From an uncultured cyanobacterium (GTDB lineage: Bacteria; Cyanobacteriota; Cyanobacteriia; PCC-6307; Cyanobiaceae): a stretch of 64,000 nt of DNA. Numbering within the stretch: the first letter of the stretch is position 1; every line of letters begins with the position of its first letter. The stretch lies in the NCBI GenBank assembly GCA_963765575.1, contig CAVXWZ010000004.1, positions 6,477-70,476 on the forward strand. The letters are read 5' to 3'. This document shows, piece by piece, positions 36,716-44,729 of the stretch. A program made the translations under genes and the position numbers. The notes under the pieces were generated by a model, which had not been told where the DNA came from, did no database searches, and saw nothing but the letters and a program-made list of their open reading frames with translations.

Positions 36716-37318
36716 CTAACTGTTGACTCCCACCAGCTTGTTCAGGCGCAGCAGTTCGTCGAGCACCTCACGGCTGTGGCCGCTGGGCCGCACGGCCACC
36801 CACCGGGCCCGCAACACGCCGGCAGGGTCGATCAGGAAGGTGTGACGCTGGGAGAAGGGGGCGATCCAGGAGCCGTAGCGCCGGCTCACCTCGCCGCCCG
36901 GATCGCTGAGCAAGGGGAAGGCCAGACCCTCCTCACTGCAGAACGAGGCGTGGGAGTCGGCGTCGTCGGCGCTGACGCCCACCACTTCAGCGCCGGCCCG
37001 ATGGAAGGCCTGCAGGTCCCGCTGGAAGCCGCGGGCTTCGAGGGTGCAGCCGCCGGTGAAATCGCGCGGATAGAAATACAGCGCCAACCAGCGCCCCTGG
37101 AAATCGCTCAGGGAGAGCTCGGTGGCCATCACCTCGGCTGGAGCAGCCCCGCCAGCGCTTGCCGGGGCCACACCGAAGAGCTGGAAATCTGGCGCTGCAG
37201 CGTCGAGGCTGGGCAAGCTTCCGCCCATGGCCAGGGCCCTGGACGGAGCAGCAACTGCCGAGATGCCGGTGACCAGGGCACCCGCCACGGCATTACGCAG
37301 GAGCTGTCGACGGCGCAT
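36716..37318 (-). CDS. Exported peroxiredoxin (BCP/PrxQ-type) with twin-arginine-like signal
   Basis: Inner ATG 37318 of track ORF 36716..37387: MRRRQLLRNAVAGALVTGISAVAAPSRALA, then LALYFYPRDFTGGCTLEARGF...VVGVSADD. It lies 12 nt upstream of lipoprotein copy C. Confidence 0.85.
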   Translation of the reverse strand: MRRRQLLRNAVAGALVTGISAVAAPSRALAMGGSLPSLDAAAPDFQLFGVAPASAGGAAPAEVMATELSLSDFQGRWLALYFYPRDFTGGCTLEARGFQRDLQAFHRAGAEVVGVSADDADSHASFCSEEGLAFPLLSDPGGEVSRRYGSWIAPFSQRHTFLIDPAGVLRARWVAVRPSGHSREVLDELLRLNKLVGVNS

Positions 37319-37349
37319 GGGAGCCGGGGGGAGGTCCGGTTGTGTTAGC

Positions 37350-37586
37350 TCAGATCCGGGCCAGGTTGATGCCCAGCTCGCGGGCATAGGGGCCGAGACC
37401 CTTCTTCTGGATGGTTTTGAGCGCCCGGGTCGACACCCGCAGTTTCACGAAGCGCTTGCCCTCGGCCCACCACAGGCGTCGGTACTGCAGGTTCACCTGC
37501 TGAAGCTTCTTGGTGCGCACGTGGGAGTGCGAGACGGCCATGCCGTTGTTGGCGCGCTTGCCGGTGAGCTGGCAGACCCGGGACAT
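37350..37586 (-). CDS. rpmB: 50S ribosomal protein L28
   Basis: [34 protein letters not shown]. Confidence 0.95.
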   Translation of the reverse strand: MSRVCQLTGKRANNGMAVSHSHVRTKKLQQVNLQYRRLWWAEGKRFVKLRVSTRALKTIQKKGLGPYARELGINLARI

Positions 37587-37669
37587 GACCTACAACCTTG
37601 ACGAAGACAACAGAGCGGCGATCCAGGGACCGGCGCAGCCACCCACACTAGCAACCGGACCCTGCAGCC

Positions 37670-39631
37670 TCAGAGGCCTCGCTGCATCAACCGGCCCATC
37701 AGCGAGGCACTGCGCTGCTGGAAGCCGGCCAGCTGGTTGGGCTCCAGGCCGCCCACGGCCAGCCGGGCCAGGTCGTAGACGTGGCTGGCCAGGTCGTCGG
37801 CCAGTTGCTGGCTGGGTGAGGCCCCGCCGCTGCCGCCGGGAGTGGTGATCACGGCGCCGGCGGAGAGCTGCAGCAGGCCAGCCACCAGGGGATGGCGGCG
37901 GTTCACCAGCAGCACGTGGTGCTCGGGCAGGCCGGGCAGCCGCTGCTCCATCAGGGCACCCATGTCGTTGATGCGGCGCATCTGCTCGGGCAGCAGGATC
38001 AAGGCCGCCGGTGCCTCCTCACCCTTGAGCGCCTGCACCTGGATGGTCACCTTGTCGGTGTCGAGCACGCTGCGGAACAGCTCCCGCAGCTTCTCGGAGC
38101 TGTCCTTGCCCTCGACATCGGCCAGTTCGCTCTCCTGCTCCTTGAGGGAGTCGTCGAGTTCGGCATCCACCCGCTGGAAGGTCAGCTCCTCGTGGCGGTA
38201 CTCCAGCCAGGGGATGAACTGGGTGTCGATGAAGGTGTCGGCGAGCAGCACCTCGGCCCCCTGGCTCTTCCACAGCGCCAGGGGACCGGCCTGGCCGGCC
38301 TCATCGGTGCAGTAGAGGATGCGCTTGGCGTGGTCGGCGTCGAGCCGGCGGCGGTAGCCGGCGAGGGTGGTGTAGCCCCTGCCATCGGGGCCGGCGATCG
38401 GATCGCAGCTGCCGCCCTCGCTGCCCTCGGCTGCGCTGTCGCCCTCGGGGCTGGGCGCCGGCTCTGGGGCGGGGGTTGCGGTGGTGCCGAAGAGCACCAG
38501 ATCCGCCACCTGGTCGGCGAATTTCTCATCTTCCATGGCACCGATCTTGATGAAGGGTGCCAGCGACTCCCAGATCTCGGCATAGCGCTGGGGCTCATCG
38601 CGGTGCAGCTGCTTGAGCCGATCGGACACCTTCTTGGCCACGAAGCCACCGATGGAGCGCACCCGACGGTCGGTCTGCAGGGCCGAACGGCTCACGTTCA
38701 GGGGGATGTCGGGCGAGTCGATCACGCCGCGCAGGGGCAGCAGATAGCGCGGCACCACCTCCTTGATGGAGTCGCTCACGAACACCTGGTTGCAATAGAG
38801 CTTGATTTCGCCCTTCTCCCAGTCGGCCCGACCACTGGATTTGGGGAAATAGAGAATGCCCTGCAGGTTGTAGGGGTAATCGGTGCTCAGGTGCACCCAG
38901 AGCAGGGGATCGCCCTGGAAGGGGTAGAGGTAGCGGTAGAGCTCGATGTAGTCGTCGTCGCCCATCTCGCGGGGGCTGCGGCGCCAGGGTGCCTCCCGCT
39001 TGTTCACGGTTTCCCCCTCCAGCTGTACCGCTACCGGCAGAAAATCGCAGTAGGTGGTGATCAAGGTGCGGATCCGGGCCGGCTCGAGATACTCGAGCTC
39101 CTCCTCCATCAGGTGCAGGATCACATCGGTCCCAGGCTCGCTGCGTTCGGTGCTCTCGAGGCTGAAGCGGGGGGAGCCGTCGCAGCTCCAACGCACCGCC
39201 TCGCTGCCCTGCCGCGCGCTCAGGGTCACCAGTTCCACCTGGGCGGCCACCATGAAGCTGGAGTAGAAACCGAGGCCGAAGTGGCCGATGATCGCGTCAC
39301 CGTCGCTCTTGTACTTCTCGAGGAAGTCTTCAGCGCTGGAGAAGGCCACCTGGTTGATGTAGCGCTTCACCTCATCGGCGTCCATGCCGATGCCGTTGTC
39401 GGAGATGGTGACCGTTTTCTGCTCCCGGTCGATGCGGATCTGGATCTTGCCTTCCTCGCCCTCGCTGCAGTCGCCGGCCATGGCGGCCATGCGGCGCTTG
39501 CTGATCGCATCCACCCCATTGCTCACCAGTTCCCGCAGGAACACTTCATGGCCGCTGTAGACGGCCTTCTTGATGATCGGGAAGATGTTTTCGGTATGGA
39601 TCTGGATCTGGCCCTGTTCGGCTTGCAGCAC
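37670..39631 (-). CDS. htpG: Molecular chaperone HtpG (Hsp90)
   Basis: IFLRELVSNGVDAISK...ISDNGIGM...IGHFGLGFYSSFMVA. Confidence 0.95.
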   Translation of the reverse strand: MLQAEQGQIQIHTENIFPIIKKAVYSGHEVFLRELVSNGVDAISKRRMAAMAGDCSEGEEGKIQIRIDREQKTVTISDNGIGMDADEVKRYINQVAFSSAEDFLEKYKSDGDAIIGHFGLGFYSSFMVAAQVELVTLSARQGSEAVRWSCDGSPRFSLESTERSEPGTDVILHLMEEELEYLEPARIRTLITTYCDFLPVAVQLEGETVNKREAPWRRSPREMGDDDYIELYRYLYPFQGDPLLWVHLSTDYPYNLQGILYFPKSSGRADWEKGEIKLYCNQVFVSDSIKEVVPRYLLPLRGVIDSPDIPLNVSRSALQTDRRVRSIGGFVAKKVSDRLKQLHRDEPQRYAEIWESLAPFIKIGAMEDEKFADQVADLVLFGTTATPAPEPAPSPEGDSAAEGSEGGSCDPIAGPDGRGYTTLAGYRRRLDADHAKRILYCTDEAGQAGPLALWKSQGAEVLLADTFIDTQFIPWLEYRHEELTFQRVDAELDDSLKEQESELADVEGKDSSEKLRELFRSVLDTDKVTIQVQALKGEEAPAALILLPEQMRRINDMGALMEQRLPGLPEHHVLLVNRRHPLVAGLLQLSAGAVITTPGGSGGASPSQQLADDLASHVYDLARLAVGGLEPNQLAGFQQRSASLMGRLMQRGL

Positions 39632-39729
39632 GGTCCACTGGCAACGTCGTGTCGTTCAGGATCCACCGCCGCGGGGGCTGCCGCCAAGGGGGCGCCATGG
39701 GCAGGAAACCGTCCTGATCGGCTGACGCC

Positions 39730-39879
39730 TCAGAACTTGCGCAGTTCGCGCCGGAGCGGCCCGGGGCCCGTTGGCTTGGGGTCCAAGGGCTCGGAGCCAG
39801 GCAGGCCGATGGCCAGGGCGGCCAACACAAGGGCCGCTGACAGCCAGCCGTAGAAGGGCCGATGGTCCTGGCGCCTCAC
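39730..39879 (-). CDS. Candidate 49-aa single-TM protein (below the track length cutoff)
   Basis: Own translation from GTG 39879: VRRQDHRPFYGWLSAALVLAALAIGLPGSEPLDPKPTGPGPLRRELRKF. Very GC3-rich codons. Confidence 0.35.
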   Translation of the reverse strand: MRRQDHRPFYGWLSAALVLAALAIGLPGSEPLDPKPTGPGPLRRELRKF

Positions 39880-39887
39880 TGCAGGCG

Positions 39888-39923
39888 CCTACTCACAGCC
39901 TTTGCCCCTACTCACAGCCCTTG
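39888..39923. repeat. Imperfect ~17-bp duplication spanning the stop codon of gene 39908..40375
   Basis: cctactcacagcctttg (39888-39904) and cctactcacagcccttg (39907-39923). Both copies carry the reverse-complement TAG. Confidence 0.8.
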
Positions 39924-40375
39924 ACGGAAATCCGGTAGCTGAAGCCCAGGGAGCCGGGCTGGCTGCTGGAGCCCACGCGGAAGTTCATCAGGCGACTGCG
40001 ACGGCCGGGCACGGCCTGGAAGGGACCGAATTCGCGACCTTCGCCGGGATCCAAGGTGGGTGTTTCGTTGATCACCTGCAGATTGGCGCCATCGGTGAAC
40101 ACCATGAAGCCCGCGATCGGAAAGGTGGCGCGTTCGCTGGAGGCGGAGGTGAAGAAGAAGCGGTAGCTCTTGTAGTCGCGATCCACCACGAAATCGGTGT
40201 TCCAGTTGGTGCGGCCCAGGGCGCGATCGGGGCCGATCTGCTTGCTCACCACGGGCTCACCGCTGCCGCCCAGGGGCACCAGAAACCGGCAGGCCGCCTG
40301 GGCAGGGGCGAGGCCCGTTGCGGCCGTGATCGCGAGTGTGGACAGCGCCGCCACGCTTGTGCCAAACAAGGCCAT
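39908..40375 (-). CDS. Hypothetical secreted protein
   Basis: Inner ATG 40375 of track ORF 39908..40546. Signal peptide MALFGTSVAALSTLAITAATGLAPAQA. Confidence 0.55.
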   Translation of the reverse strand: MALFGTSVAALSTLAITAATGLAPAQAACRFLVPLGGSGEPVVSKQIGPDRALGRTNWNTDFVVDRDYKSYRFFFTSASSERATFPIAGFMVFTDGANLQVINETPTLDPGEGREFGPFQAVPGRRSRLMNFRVGSSSQPGSLGFSYRISVKGCE

Positions 40376-40544
40376 ACCAGAGGTTTCAGGGCCTGCAAAC
40401 GTACTCGACGCCTCCTCTAGCCTGCCCATGGTTGCAGTCCGCAACGTTGCTTCGGGGGGGCAATCCTTGGCATCGTCACCCTCTTGGATTCGCCAACGGC
40501 CTTGCTGATGCCGGCTTAGGGTTGGACTTTGGTAGCACAAAGGC

Positions 40545-40772
40545 ATGAACGTGACCGTTGAACTCTCCGACTAAGAGATACTCGAAATCCTCGACCTCAC
40601 CGCTGAACGCAGGAAGGACCCCGCCATTCGCCGCCTGATGGAGGAAGCCCTGCAACAGCGGCGCCGCGCCCGGATTGGCCAGTGCTTCATCAGCGGTGCA
40701 TGGGGCGTGCAGCTGCAGACCGTCGAGGCCGAGCAAGAGCGTGAACGCCAGCGAGATCAGGGCTGTTCCTGA
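40545..40772 (+). pseudogene. Ribbon-helix-helix/VapB-like antitoxin-type ORF with in-frame TAA at codon 10 (tentative)
   Basis: Own translation: MNVTVELSD*EILEILDLTAERRKDPAIRRLMEEALQQRRRARIG... There is no partner toxin ORF. The opposite-strand track ORF 40476..40736 looks less protein-like. Confidence 0.3.
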
Positions 40773-40778
40773 ACGTCC

Positions 40779-41003
40779 TCAGCCCGCCTTCTGCAACGCC
40801 GGTTTCTCCTCCGGCAGGATCGCCCCCTCCACCGGACACACCTGCAGGCAGATGCCGCAGTCGATGCAGGTGTCGAAATCGATCCAGTAGAAGTTGGTGC
40901 CCTTGCTGTTGGCGCCCTGGCCAGGGTGGATGCAGGCCACCGGACAGGCATCGACGCAATCGGCCACCCCTTCGCAGACGTTGGTGACGATCGTGTGGGC
41001 CAT
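40779..41003 (-). CDS. 4Fe-4S dicluster ferredoxin (74 aa)
   Basis: Inner ATG of track ORF 40779..41531: CEGVADCVDACPVACI and CIDCGICLQVCPV. Confidence 0.85.
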   Translation of the reverse strand: MAHTIVTNVCEGVADCVDACPVACIHPGQGANSKGTNFYWIDFDTCIDCGICLQVCPVEGAILPEEKPALQKAG

Positions 41004-41029
41004 CGGAGCAGCGGAGTCTTGGCTTGATC

Positions 41030-42208
41030 CTAGGCAGCGATCCAGGTGGCCCGGCAGCAGCCGCGCGCGCTGGCGGCCCGGTCGGCCTCGGCCTGGCTGG
41101 CCACCGGATGGCCCAGCAGTTCGGCGCACTGGCCCTGGCCATGGAGCGTTTCCAGGACGTCGAGGGCCGCCGCCAGCGCCTCCTCGCCGCCGTAGCTCAC
41201 CAGCACCGGCCGCGGGGCCGCCACAGCATGGGCCGGCAGGCCCACCAGCTCGCGGACCGCCTCCACATCGAAGCCGAAGCCCACGCCCCAGGCCTGCTCC
41301 GCGCCGGCGCCGAAGCGCCCCACCAGGGCGTCGTAACGGCCGCCACTGGCGATCTCCACCGGTCCGTGCGGGCCCTGACACACCAGCTTCAGCACCAGGC
41401 CGTCGTAGAGGGCGAAATGGGGCTGGAAGCTGGGATCGAGCCGCACGGCCACCTGGTGCTTCGCCGCCGCTGGCGCCACCGCCGCCAGGGTGGCGGCCAG
41501 GTCGGCGAGCAGGGGGATCGGCCCCAGCCACTGCTCCAGGGCGTAGAGCACCTGGGGCGGTTCACCGCGCAGGCGCATCACTGCGGCCAGCCGCTGGCGC
41601 AGCGGTTCACTCAGCGGCAGCCGGGCCAGGGCCAGGGCATCGAGGCTGGTGAGGGCGGCCCGGGCGCCGGGACGCTGCTGCTCCGGCACCTGGGCCAGCA
41701 GGGCGCTGAGCAGGCCCTGATGTCCCACCAGCAACTGGGGCCGCTGGCCGGCGCCGAGCCCGAGCCGGGCGCTGGCGGCCAGCAACAGCCGCATCAGTTC
41801 CACATCGGCGCTGGCCGACGGTTCGCCCAGCAGCTCCACGCCGCTCTGCCACTGCTCATGGATGCACTGGTGACCGCTGTCGCCCGTGCTGCTGCGGAAG
41901 GTGGTGCCTTCGGCCCAGAGGCGCAGCGGCCGGGGCCGCTCGGCCATGCGGGTGCTGGCGGCGCGGGCGATGGAGGCGGTGAGTTCGGGCCGCAGGCCGA
42001 GGGGCTCGTCGGTGGCCAGGCGCACCAGTTCGCGGCCGTCGATGGCGCCGCCGGCCTGGAGGGTGTCCAGGCGCTCGAAGCTCGGTGGCGCCACCGCCTG
42101 ATAGCCCCACAGCCGGTAGATGCCGGCGAGGGTGGCGCAGATGGCCCGGTTCTGTTCCACCTCGCGGGGATTGAGATCCCGGACGCCGGCGGCGGGTTGC
42201 AGGGCCAT
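41030..42208 (-). CDS. hisZ: ATP phosphoribosyltransferase regulatory subunit HisZ
   Basis: Inner ATG 42208 of track ORF 41030..42859: MALQPAAGVRDLNPREVEQNRAI...LGLRPELTASIARA...ASGGRYDALVGRFG. Confidence 0.85.
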   Translation of the reverse strand: MALQPAAGVRDLNPREVEQNRAICATLAGIYRLWGYQAVAPPSFERLDTLQAGGAIDGRELVRLATDEPLGLRPELTASIARAASTRMAERPRPLRLWAEGTTFRSSTGDSGHQCIHEQWQSGVELLGEPSASADVELMRLLLAASARLGLGAGQRPQLLVGHQGLLSALLAQVPEQQRPGARAALTSLDALALARLPLSEPLRQRLAAVMRLRGEPPQVLYALEQWLGPIPLLADLAATLAAVAPAAAKHQVAVRLDPSFQPHFALYDGLVLKLVCQGPHGPVEIASGGRYDALVGRFGAGAEQAWGVGFGFDVEAVRELVGLPAHAVAAPRPVLVSYGGEEALAAALDVLETLHGQGQCAELLGHPVASQAEADRAASARGCCRATWIAA

Positions 42209-42237
42209 GACGGGGCCGAGGGGGCGAAGGGGGGATC

Positions 42238-43188
42238 CTATGGAGCGGTGGACGGGCCGTCCTGACGCGCGCTGCTGTCCAGTTCCGGTGCCCCGAAGCT
42301 GGCGCCGCTGAGGGGGCTGCAGGTCTGCAGGCCGGCCACCAGCTCCTGGTGCAGGCGGCTGCCGGTCGCCACCACCCGGCCGCTGGCCAGCTCCAGGGGG
42401 CCACCGTCGTAGGCGGACACCACCCCGCCCGCCTGCTCCACCAGCACCACGCCGGCGGCCAGGTCCCAGGGGGACAGCCCCCGCTCCCAGTAGCCATCGA
42501 GCCGGCCCGTGGCCACGAAGGCCAGGTCCACCGCCGCCGCCCCGCCCCGGCGCACGCCATGGGTGCGATGGGTGAAGTAGGCGAACTCGGCGTAGTTGTT
42601 GTCCAGGCGCGTGTGGCGGTCGTAGGCGAAGCCAGTGACCAGCAGGGCATCGGCCAGCCGCTCGCAGCCACTCACGTGGATGCGGCGGCCATTGCACCAG
42701 GCCCCCAGTCCGGGCGCGGCCCACTGCAGCTCGTCGAAGCTGGGGATGGCCAGGGCACCCAGCAGCGGCACACCGCGCCAGCAGAGACCCACGGAGGTGC
42801 CGAAGAACGGATAGCCGTGGGCGTAGTTGGTGGTGCCGTCGAGGGGATCGACGCACCACTCCAGGTCGCCGGCGCGGGGCCTGCGGCCGCTCTCCTCGGA
42901 GAGCACGCCGATCTCGGGGGTCTCGGCCTCCAGCAGGCCCAGCACCGCCGCCTCGGCGGCCAGATCGGCTTCGGTCACCAGGTCGCCGAGGCGCCCCTTC
43001 TCACGGATCTGCTCCAGGCGGCCGAAGTGGGCCCGCAGCTGCACCCCGCCCGCCTCCGCGGCCCGACGGGCCACGTCCACGAGGCGCTCGATGGCCCCGA
43101 TCGTCAGCCCCGACTGGCGCCAGGCCCGGTCCGAACAGCTCTCGGGTGTGCGGTCCGGACTGCGCTCAGGGGCGAGGACGTTGGTCAT
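42238..43188 (-). CDS. Inositol monophosphatase family protein (SuhB-like)
   Basis: VTEADLAAE...LSEESG...WCVDPLDGTTNYAHG...AAGVVLVEQAGG. Confidence 0.85.
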   Translation of the reverse strand: MTNVLAPERSPDRTPESCSDRAWRQSGLTIGAIERLVDVARRAAEAGGVQLRAHFGRLEQIREKGRLGDLVTEADLAAEAAVLGLLEAETPEIGVLSEESGRRPRAGDLEWCVDPLDGTTNYAHGYPFFGTSVGLCWRGVPLLGALAIPSFDELQWAAPGLGAWCNGRRIHVSGCERLADALLVTGFAYDRHTRLDNNYAEFAYFTHRTHGVRRGGAAAVDLAFVATGRLDGYWERGLSPWDLAAGVVLVEQAGGVVSAYDGGPLELASGRVVATGSRLHQELVAGLQTCSPLSGASFGAPELDSSARQDGPSTAP

Positions 43189-43242
43189 CGGCGGGGCAGT
43201 GGGGACAGAAAACGGAGGTGGGGCGGCAGGCGAGGGAGGATG

Positions 43243-43608
43243 TCATTCCTCTTCGAGCGGCAGCCCGGGGCGGATGCGACCCCGGCCGAAGTGGCGCCCG
43301 AACTGCTGCTCGTAAACCTCATCCTCATCCTGGGTCTCCACCTCCAGCGGGCCGGTGGCGCGGGCCACGCAGAGCAGGCCATAGCCCCGGCTGCGCAGCT
43401 CCCGGGAAAGGCCAAGCGCTTCGCTCTGATCGATCGTGCCGTCCAGCACCCGCACGGCGCAGGTGGTGCAGCAGCCGTTGCGGCAGCTGAACGGCAGCGG
43501 GTCGCCCTGCTGCTCGAAGCTGCGCAGGATGTAGTCGCCTTCGGGCACCTCGTGTCGGATCACGCGACCGGTCTGGCGCCAGTGGACGGTGATCGGAAAC
43601 GTGCGCAT
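43243..43608 (-). CDS. Plant-type 2Fe-2S ferredoxin with C-terminal extension
   Basis: FSCRNGCCTTCAVRVLDG...LLCVA. Confidence 0.9.
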   Translation of the reverse strand: MRTFPITVHWRQTGRVIRHEVPEGDYILRSFEQQGDPLPFSCRNGCCTTCAVRVLDGTIDQSEALGLSRELRSRGYGLLCVARATGPLEVETQDEDEVYEQQFGRHFGRGRIRPGLPLEEE

Positions 43609-43663
43609 CGGGCGGCGGGTCGTTGACTGCTACATTGCCACTTCGTTGCCCCATTTTGCCGCT

Positions 43664-43750
43664 GGAGAGGTGGCCGAGTGGTCGAAGGCGCAGCACTGGA
43701 AATGCTGTATAGGGGCAACTCTATCGAGGGTTCGAATCCCTCCCTCTCCG
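43664..43750 (+). tRNA. tRNA-Ser (anticodon GGA)
   Basis: Acceptor ggagagg/cctctcc; anticodon stem cagca/tgctg with loop CUGGAAA; long variable arm; T-arm gaggg-ttcgaat-ccctc; discriminator G; no encoded CCA. Confidence 0.92.
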
Positions 43751-43761
43751 CTGATCACACC

Positions 43762-43787
43762 AAAGCCGGCCGCAGGGCCGGCTTTTT
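43762..43787 (+). terminator. Intrinsic terminator after tRNA-Ser
   Basis: aaagccggcc-gcag-ggccggcttt followed by TT. Confidence 0.65.
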
Positions 43788-43820
43788 ACTTGGCACGTGA
43801 TTTGACGGAGATGGCTGGCA

Positions 43821-44639
43821 TCAGCCGAATCGGCCGGTCACGTAATCCTGGGTGGCCTGCTGTTTGGGGGCGTTGAAGATGCGCTCGGTTTCGGCAAACT
43901 CCACCAAATAGCCCACCTTGCCGGTGCCGCCTTCCACGGCTTCGGCATTGTAGAAGGCGGTCATGTCCGCCACACGCACCGCCTGCTGCATGTTGTGGGT
44001 CACGATCACGATCGTGTAGCTGCGCTTCAGCTCATGCATCGTTTCCTCGATCTTCAAGGTGGAGATCGGGTCGAGGGCGGAGCAGGGTTCATCCATCAGA
44101 ATCACCTCGGGCTCGGTGGCGATGGCGCGGGCGATGCAGAGGCGCTGCTGCTGGCCGCCGGAGAGGGCGAAGCCGCTCTCCTTGAGTTTGTCCTTGCACT
44201 CGTCCCACACCGCCGCCTTGCGCAGGGAGCGCTCCACCAGCTCATCCATGTCGCCCCGATAGCCGTTGATGCGGGCGCCGAAGGCGATGTTTTCGTAGAT
44301 GCTCTTGGGAAAGGGGTTGGGCTTCTGGAACACCATGCCGATGCGCCGCCGCACCTCCACCGGATCGACATTGGGGGCGTAGATGTCGACGCCATCGAAC
44401 AACACCCGTCCGCGCAGGCTGCAGCCGGGGATCAGGTCGTTCATGCGGTTCAGACCCCGCAGCACGGTGGACTTACCGCAGCCGGAGGGACCGATGAAGG
44501 CCGTGACCTTGCCCTTGGGGATGTCCACGAAGACGTTCTTCACGGCCTCGAAGCTCCCGTAGGAGATCGTCACGTCCTGCAGGGCCATGCAGACGTCCGT
44601 GGCCGGGATCAAGGAGCTGGTGGGGATCTTGGTAGCCAT
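43821..44639 (-). CDS. pstB: Phosphate ABC transporter ATP-binding protein PstB
   Basis: GPSGCGKST...[14 protein letters not shown]...[12 protein letters not shown]. Confidence 0.95.
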   Translation of the reverse strand: MATKIPTSSLIPATDVCMALQDVTISYGSFEAVKNVFVDIPKGKVTAFIGPSGCGKSTVLRGLNRMNDLIPGCSLRGRVLFDGVDIYAPNVDPVEVRRRIGMVFQKPNPFPKSIYENIAFGARINGYRGDMDELVERSLRKAAVWDECKDKLKESGFALSGGQQQRLCIARAIATEPEVILMDEPCSALDPISTLKIEETMHELKRSYTIVIVTHNMQQAVRVADMTAFYNAEAVEGGTGKVGYLVEFAETERIFNAPKQQATQDYVTGRFG

Positions 44640-44648
44640 GGGTTCGGA

Positions 44649-44678
44649 GCGGCTGGGTGGTGCGGCTGGGTGGTGCGG
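44649..44678. repeat. 13-bp tandem repeat gcggctgggtggt x2.3 in the pstA-pstB spacer
   Basis: Read directly. Confidence 0.8.
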
Positions 44679-44729
44679 GAGTGCGCGCGGAAACTGGAGA
44701 TTGGAGCGCGGTGTGATGTCGGTTGGCCG

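Noticed and set aside
37892-39853. 653-aa plus-strand ORF
   Set aside because: It is antisense to htpG with a low-complexity translation. htpG on the minus strand has unmistakable Hsp90 motifs.
40476-40736. 86-aa minus-strand track ORF
   Set aside because: It has no recognisable features and slightly poorer third-position GC than the plus-strand antitoxin-like reading. The rejection is not firm.
41024-42265. 413-aa plus-strand ORF, plus the 609-aa version of the hisZ ORF
   Set aside because: The plus-strand ORF is antisense to hisZ. The long minus-strand version adds an Arg/Pro/Gly leader that overlaps the inositol monophosphatase gene.
43609-43663. TTGACT as a -35 element for tRNA-Ser
   Set aside because: There is no acceptable -10 hexamer at 16-18 nt spacing, so the evidence is too weak to report as a feature.
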